Shown here: positions 58,204-64,000 of the stretch, in pieces | Layout: each line of letters begins with the position of its first letter | Position numbering within the stretch: position 1 is the first letter of the stretch | Assembly (NCBI GenBank): GCA_963811675.1 | Contig: CAWESH010000004.1 | Coordinates: forward strand, 99,976 to 163,975 | Direction: 5' to 3' | DNA from: an uncultured Actinomycetes bacterium | Lineage (GTDB): Bacteria; Actinomycetota; Thermoleophilia; Gaiellales; JAICJC01 | Length of the DNA: 64,000 nucleotides | Notes under the pieces: generated by a model | Seen by the model: the letters and a program-made list of their open reading frames with translations, nothing else | The model's database searches: none | What the model was told of the DNA's origin: nothing | Translations under genes and position numbers: made by a program

Positions 58204-60422
58204 TCATCCTCCGGGCGTCACGCGGTACGCGTCGAACACCGCGTCCACGTTGCGAAGCGCCGTCAAGAGCGCGCGCAGCTCCTTGACGTCGCCGACCTCG
58301 ACCGTGTACCAGTTGCGCGCCATCTGGTCGGAGACGTGGCCGCCGTATTCGACGATGTTGGCTCCGTGCTCGGCGAACGTGCGGGCGACATCTTCAAGCA
58401 GGCGAGGCCGGTCCAAGACTGCAGCGCGATCGTGACCCGAAACGAGCTGGTGGCGGTCTCGCCCTCGTCCCAGTGCACCGGCGTGAACCGCTCGGGGTTG
58501 CGCTTGAGGGCGCGCACGTTGGGGCAGTCGTCGCGATGGATCGTGACTCCGCGTCCCAGCGAGATGTACCCGCAGATGTCGTCCCCCGGCACTGGGGTGC
58601 AGCACTTGGCCATCCGCACCAGCACGCCTGCGCCCGCCGCGCCCTCCACCACGATCCCGTAGTCGGCGGATGCGGTCGGCCGCTTGGCCGGTCGGCGTGG
58701 CAGCTGCTCATGCTCAGGCGACACCACCTCGGCGGTCTTCAACCGGCCGAGCAGCTTGGTGACGACCTGGCCAACCTGCACCTTGCCGGCTCCGATGGCG
58801 ACGTAGAAGTCGTCGGCCTTCTTGAACCCCATGTCGCGGATGATCCCCGCCAGCAGCGGCGACGCCGTCACCTTCTGATGCGGCAGGCCATGCGACTTGA
58901 GCGCCTGCTGCAGCGAGTCGCGGCCCTTCTGCTCGAGATCCTCTCGGCGCTGCTGTGAGAACCACTGCCGGATCTTGTTGCGGGCGCGCGAGGTCTTGAC
59001 GACGTTCAGCCAGTCGCGGGACGGGCCGCGCTCCTGCTTGGACGTCAGCACCTCGACGAAGTCACCCGACTTGAGCGTGTAGTGCAGCGGAACGATCCTG
59101 CCGTTGACCTTGGCTCCGACACAGCGATGTCCGACGTCGGTATGCACGCTATATGCGAAGTCGAGCGGAGTGGAGCCTGCCGCCAGGCTCTTGACGTCGC
59201 CCTTGGGCGTGAACACGTACACCTCGTCGGAGAACAGGTCGACTCGCAGAGTCTCCATGAACTCGCCGGGATCGGCAGCTTCCTTCTGCCAATCGGCCAG
59301 CTGTGAGAGCCATGCCTGACCGGCTTCGACGGGACGCGCTGGTGCCTTCTCCTTGTACAGCCAGTGAGCGGCGATCCCGTACTCGGCGGTCTGGTGCATC
59401 TCCTGGGTGCGCACCTGGATCTCCAAGGGTTTGCCCTGCGGCCCGATCACCGTCGTGTGCAACGACTGGTACATGTTCACCTTGGGCATGGCGATGTAGT
59501 CCTTGAACCGGCCGGGCATCGGCTTCCACAGAGAATGGATGATGCCGATGGTGCCGTAGCAGTCCTTCAGCTCGTCGACCAGCACGCGCATCGCGGTCAG
59601 GTCGTAGATCTCATTGAACTCCTTGCCGCCCAGCGCCATCTTGGTGTAGATCGAGTAGAGATGCTTTGCGCGGCCGGCGATGTCGGCCTCGATGTGGGCG
59701 TCGTCGAGCTCGCGTGACAGGATCGTGCCGGCCTGCTCGGCAAACCGCTCCCGCTCGTCGCGACTCTGATTGACCATCGCCTCGATCTCGGCAAACCGGC
59801 GGGGATGCAGCGTCTGGAAGGCGCGATCCTCGAGCTCCCACTTGAGCGTGTGGATACCGAGCCGGTGGGCCAGCGGCGCGTAGATCTCGAGCGTCTCCTT
59901 GGCTGTCTGCACCTGCTTCTGCTTGCCCAAAGCGGAGATCGTGCGCATGTTGTGGGTGCGATCGGCGAGCTTGATCAGCACCACCCTCAGATCCTGGGCC
60001 ATGGCCACGATCATCTTGCGGTAGTTCTCGACCTGGGCCTGCTCACGGCTGGCGAAGCTGATCCGGGTGAGCTTGGTGACACCGTCGACCAGCAGCGCGA
60101 CATCGGGACCGAACAGTTCGCGGACGTGATCCAGCTCGGCCTGGGTGTCCTCCACCACGTCGTGCAGGAGCGCGGCGGAGATGGTGGCGGTGTCGAGCTT
60201 CAGCTCGCTGCAGATGACCGCAACCGACCACGGATGGTTGATGAAGTCCTCGCCGCTCTTGCGCAGCTGACCGGAATGGTGGTCACAGGCGTAGTCGAAG
60301 GCACGGCGAATCAGCCCGGCATCGGCATCCGGGTTGTATTCGGTGACGTGGCCAAGCAGCTCGGCCAAGAGGTGGTCGTGCCGTTCGGCCTCGGGGTTGC
60401 GAGGCACGGTCGCCATGGTCAC
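58204..60422 (-). CDS. relA: bifunctional (p)ppGpp synthetase/hydrolase RelA/SpoT homologue (frame broken near 58417 in the ACT domain)
   Basis: The protein has an HD hydrolase domain (HDVVEDT), a synthetase domain (DYIAMPKVNMYQSLHT), and TGS. The C-terminal ACT domain continues in ORF 58204..58605 (LDRPRLLEDVARTFAEHGANI). Confidence 0.92.
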
Positions 60423-60435
60423 ATTCTAGTGGCTC

Positions 60436-62788
60436 TCAAACGGCAACCTGATCTGACGCCAAGAAGCGGTTAACGGCCGCGATCCGGGCGATCGCTTCAC
60501 GGTAGGTGGGGGACTCCTCGAGGTCGACCTTGGTCGCGACACTCGCGCCCGACACCAGCCCCACCTCACCCAGCACCGCGCGGCAACGCTCCACCGTTTC
60601 CGGGGCGAGTGCGAGCTCGGTGGCACCGTTGCGCTCGGCCATCCATACCTGCTTGAGCGTCTCGCGCAGCGGCTCGCGGCTCTCGGCCACCGACCGGGCA
60701 AACGCGATCTCGGCAGCTCCCCACACCAGGTGCAACGTGGTGGTCGAGCCCAGTTCCGCCAGCAGCCCGCCGGCGTCGGAACTCGCCGGTGGGTCGAGCG
60801 CCACGACTCGTGCATAGCGGGCGGCCAGATCGTCGATGGCGGCCGCCTGGGCGTAGTCGGCCAGGGTGATGGTGCCCTCGCCGAACCGAGACGGGGCGAG
60901 TGGGCCGGCCAGCATCGCGGTCCGCCGGGCGACGTCGGCGACCAGCACCAGCACCGGCTCGTCTCCGGCTGCCAGGCGGGCGATGGTCGTGATTTGGACA
61001 CCGTGCCCGCGCTCGTCGATCACCCGCGCCCGGCCCAGGCCGCGCCCTTCGACCGACAGCGGGTCGTGGCTGCCCGCTTCGAGTCCCATCGGAGTGGCCA
61101 CCACGCCCCGCAGCACCATCTGGGGGGTGACCGAGCCGTTCCATTCGTTTCGCTGGATCCGATACGCCACGTCGAATCGGCCGGGCTGAGACAGCTCGTC
61201 AGCCATCTCCCCCATGCCGAATCCCACCGCACGGCAGCGGTACCCGCCCAGCTCGACGGTGCACCGCAGGTGCTTGCCCTCTCCCATGGGCTCGACCGAC
61301 TGCAGCGTGGCGGCCGGAGCCAGCAACGTCACCCCAGGGTTGCCCAGACCGAACGGCTCGAGTGCCGACAGCTCTTCGATCAGCTCGAGCGACACCTCAG
61401 AGGGCGCCAGCACCGCATCGACGTGCCGCTGGAGCGATCGCGGACGGGAGCCAAGCACACCGTCGGCGTGAGCCGCCAGCGCCTCGGCAAAGGCCGAGAT
61501 CTGGGCGGGGTCGATGGTCAGCCCGGCGGCCGCCTTGTGGCCGCCGAAGCGCAGCAGATGTGGCGCGGCCGACGTAAGGCCGGCGTGCAGGTCGTACCCG
61601 GGCACGCTGCGGCCCGAACCCTTGGCGTCATCGTCGCCGATCGCGATCAGCACCACCGGCCGTCGGTATCGCTCGACCAGGCGGGATGCGACGATCCCGA
61701 TCACGCCCTCGTGCCAGTCCTGTGATGCGATCACGTATGCATGCCGCTCGCGCCACTCCGGGGAGGCCACGTCCACCAAAGCGACGGCCTCCTGCAGGAT
61801 CGTGTCTTCCACCGCCTGGCGTTCGCGGTTGAGCTGCTCCAGCCGGGCTGCCAGCTCACGCGCCCGCCGCTCGTCGGTTGTGAGCATCAGTTCGAGCGCC
61901 TCACCAGGGTGGCGCAGGCGGCCGGCGGCGTTGATCCGCGGGGCCAGCCGAAAGCCGATGTCCGACGCCGAGACGTTGACGCGGTCGACCCGGGCGGACA
62001 CCATCAACGCCCGCAACCCGATCTTGCTGGTGCGCGCGAGCCGTCGCAGGCCCTGGCGCACCAGCGCACGATTCTCGTCCACCAGCGGCACCACATCGGC
62101 CACGGTGGCGATGGCCACCAGGTCGAGGTGCTGATCGAGCTCTGCCGGATCCCTACCGGCGGCCGCGAACACCGCTCGTGAAAGCTTGTATGCAACCCCG
62201 GTGCCGCACAGATCGGGGAAGGCGTACTGGGATGGACGCGTGCACACTCGCGGGCAGTCAGGCAACACCTCGCCGGGCTGGTGGTGATCGGTGATGATCA
62301 CGTCCATGCCCAGCTCACCGGCACGCGCCACCTGGGTCGACGGCGGTGATGCCGCAGTCGACTGTGACCAGCAGACCGACTCCCGAGGCCGCCAACCGCT
62401 CGACCGTGTCCGCGCCAAGACCGTAGCCCTCCTCGAAGCGGCTGGGCAGGTGCCACTCCACGTTGGCGCCGAGCTCTCGCAGCGCCAGCACCATCACTGC
62501 GGTTGCGCAGATGCCGTCGGCGTCGTAGTCGCCGTGGATGCAGATCCGCGTGTTGGCGGAGATCGCCGCCAGGATCCGCTCGCAGGCCACGGCCATGTCC
62601 CCGAGCGAGAGCGGGTCGTGTCCGGGGTCGGCGCCGTCCAGAAACGACCGGGCGGTGTCGGCATGGTCATGGCCGCGCCGGATCAGCGCCTCGGCGGTGA
62701 CGCGGTGGACGTCCAGCTCGGCCGCCAGATCATCGGCCGCCGCCGGTGGGCAGGCGGAAAAGATCCACCCCGGTTCGGTTACATCCAT
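60436..62788 (-). CDS. recJ: single-stranded-DNA-specific exonuclease RecJ (frame broken near 62337)
   Basis: The DHH motifs ICIHGDYDADG, VTVDCG and IITDHH, plus DHHA1 (GGHKAAAG), are present. ORFs 62315..62788 and 60436..62418 are colinear. A C-terminal extension of about 200 aa follows. Confidence 0.88.
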
Positions 62789-62828
62789 CGACTCATGCTA
62801 GGGAGCGGCCCGGACGGCCCTGGCTCGG

Positions 62829-64000
62829 CTACAACCGACCGCTGCGAGCGATCGAGATGATCTCCCACACGCCCAGCACGAAGGCGATCACGAACCCCGT
62901 CAGGGCGAGGATGTGCACGCCGAAGATGTGGACACCGCCGCGGGCGGAGATGCCGATCAGCGAGGAACCCACCAGGGCTCCCGAGATCACGATCGCGACC
63001 ACCAGCCGATTGAACATGACGTCGCTTGCTGCCAGTAGCCGGTCGAGGCCCTTGTAATGCACCTGGACGTCGATCTCACCGTCTCGGAAGGCCTCCAGGA
63101 TGTCGTGAATCTGGTAGGGCAGATCGAGCGCCACACCGCCGTACTGGGCCAGCTCGGTGCGGCTGCGGCGGGCCAGCGCTTCGGGTGAGTAACGGCGCGC
63201 CACCAACTCGGTGGCATACGGCTCCGCCACCTCGAAGACGTTGAAGTCGGGATACAGCTCCGTGCCCACAGAGCCCAGCGTGGCCAGGGTCTTGTCCAGC
63301 AGCGCGAAGCGCGACGGCAGCTGCACCTGCATGCGGTAGATCAGCGTGAACGACTCTCGGATCACCTGCAGCGGATCGATCTCGCCGAGCGCAGCGCCCT
63401 GGTAGCGGTAGAAGACCTCGCGCAGCTCGATCCGAAACTCTTCTTCCTGCTCCTTGTCGAAACGCACGCCGAGTTCGTACAGGCGGCGCGGTAGGGCATC
63501 CACGTTTTCGTTGACGCAGTCGAGCAGGAGCCGGGTGAGGCGGTTCATATCGCCGGCCGAGAGGCTTCCGATCTGCCCGAAATCGACCAGCCCGAGGCGG
63601 CCGTCGGGCAGCACGAACAGGTTGGACGGGTGCGGGTCGCCGTGGAACACCCCGTGGCGGAAGATCATCTCCAGCCACGCGTCGGCGATCAGTAGCGCCA
63701 GTCGCCGGCGCTCGTCCATCGGGGTGGTGGCAAGATCGACTTCGCGCAGCTTGCGCCCCTCCAGCCACTCCAGCGTCAGCACGCGCTCGCTGGAGTACGT
63801 CCAGTACACGCGCGGGATCTCGATCCGCTTGTCCTCGGCGAAGTTCCGCCGGAACAGCTCGGCATTGCGGCCCTCGATGCGGTAGTCCAGCTCGCGCCTG
63901 ATCGAGCGCGCGAACTCGTCCACCACTCCCGACCGTGTCCATGAACTGGAGTCGCTTGACGCGCTTTCGCACTCGCCGGGCAATCTGATAGAGCAGCGCC
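62829..64000 (-). CDS. ABC1/UbiB-family atypical kinase, partial (N-terminus beyond the window end; frame break near 63928)
   Basis: ELDYRIEGRNAELF, VLTLEWLEG and HGDPHPSNLFV...LVDFGQIG are ABC1-kinase motifs. Two C-terminal TM helices follow. Confidence 0.8.
   Translation of the reverse strand, partial: RCSIRLPGECESASSDSSSWTRSGVVDEFARSIRRELDYRIEGRNAELFRRNFAEDKRIEIPRVYWTYSSERVLTLEWLEGRKLREVDLATTPMDERRRLALLIADAWLEMIFRHGVFHGDPHPSNLFVLPDGRLGLVDFGQIGSLSAGDMNRLTRLLLDCVNENVDALPRRLYELGVRFDKEQEEEFRIELREVFYRYQGAALGEIDPLQVIRESFTLIYRMQVQLPSRFALLDKTLATLGSVGTELYPDFNVFEVAEPYATELVARRYSPEALARRSRTELAQYGGVALDLPYQIHDILEAFRDGEIDVQVHYKGLDRLLAASDVMFNRLVVAIVISGALVGSSLIGISARGGVHIFGVHILALTGFVIAFVLGVWEIISIARSGRL

Overview
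High-GC chromosomal segment that looks like a deep-branching actinobacterium (GC judged by eye, not computed). It is almost wall-to-wall housekeeping genes, mostly on the minus strand. Gene order from the left: rnj-dapA-dapB, a VOC-fold protein, an M16 peptidase, mscS, pnp-rpsO, a UXS-type sugar decarboxylase, ribF-truB-nrnA-rbfA-DUF503, a convergent cation/H+ antiporter, infB-ylxR-nusA-rimP, dtd, a MoxR/DUF58/transglutaminase/TPR operon, coaBC, a phosphoesterase, rpoZ-gmk-mihF, a complete pyrR-pyrB-pyrC-carA-carB-pyrK-pyrD operon, a decayed UDG-family gene, a SAM methyltransferase and rnz. Next come an SOS-box-controlled LysM gene divergent from a DHPS homologue and a 5-gene epimerase/DUF1611/GNAT/2xM29-aminopeptidase operon. 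tRNA-Arg(CCG) is followed by a more accessory-looking block: lipoprotein, secreted repeat protein, SRPBCC, DMT-like transporter, GNAT, ECF42-like sigma with a YCII partner, AlkA-like glycosylase, LOG, corA, HIT, GNAT, phosphomannomutase, thioesterase, GAF, YjbR and a bPH2 protein. The window ends with relA, recJ and a partial ABC1/UbiB kinase. I found no CRISPR array, rRNA, integrase or transposase. Four observations stand out. (1) A dispersed 31-33 bp perfect palindrome sits at gene 3' ends in four copies, one of which carries compensatory changes. (2) Two perfect LexA boxes lie over a leaderless YneA/ChiZ-like LysM gene and a divergent DHPS homologue. (3) An unusually large number of conserved genes have broken reading frames. 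(4) Many promoters look leaderless, with a TANNNT hexamer 6-11 nt upstream of the start codon. Gene calls rest on the supplied ORF translations and recognisable family motifs. No database search was run. Coordinates of short motifs may be off by 1-2 nt.
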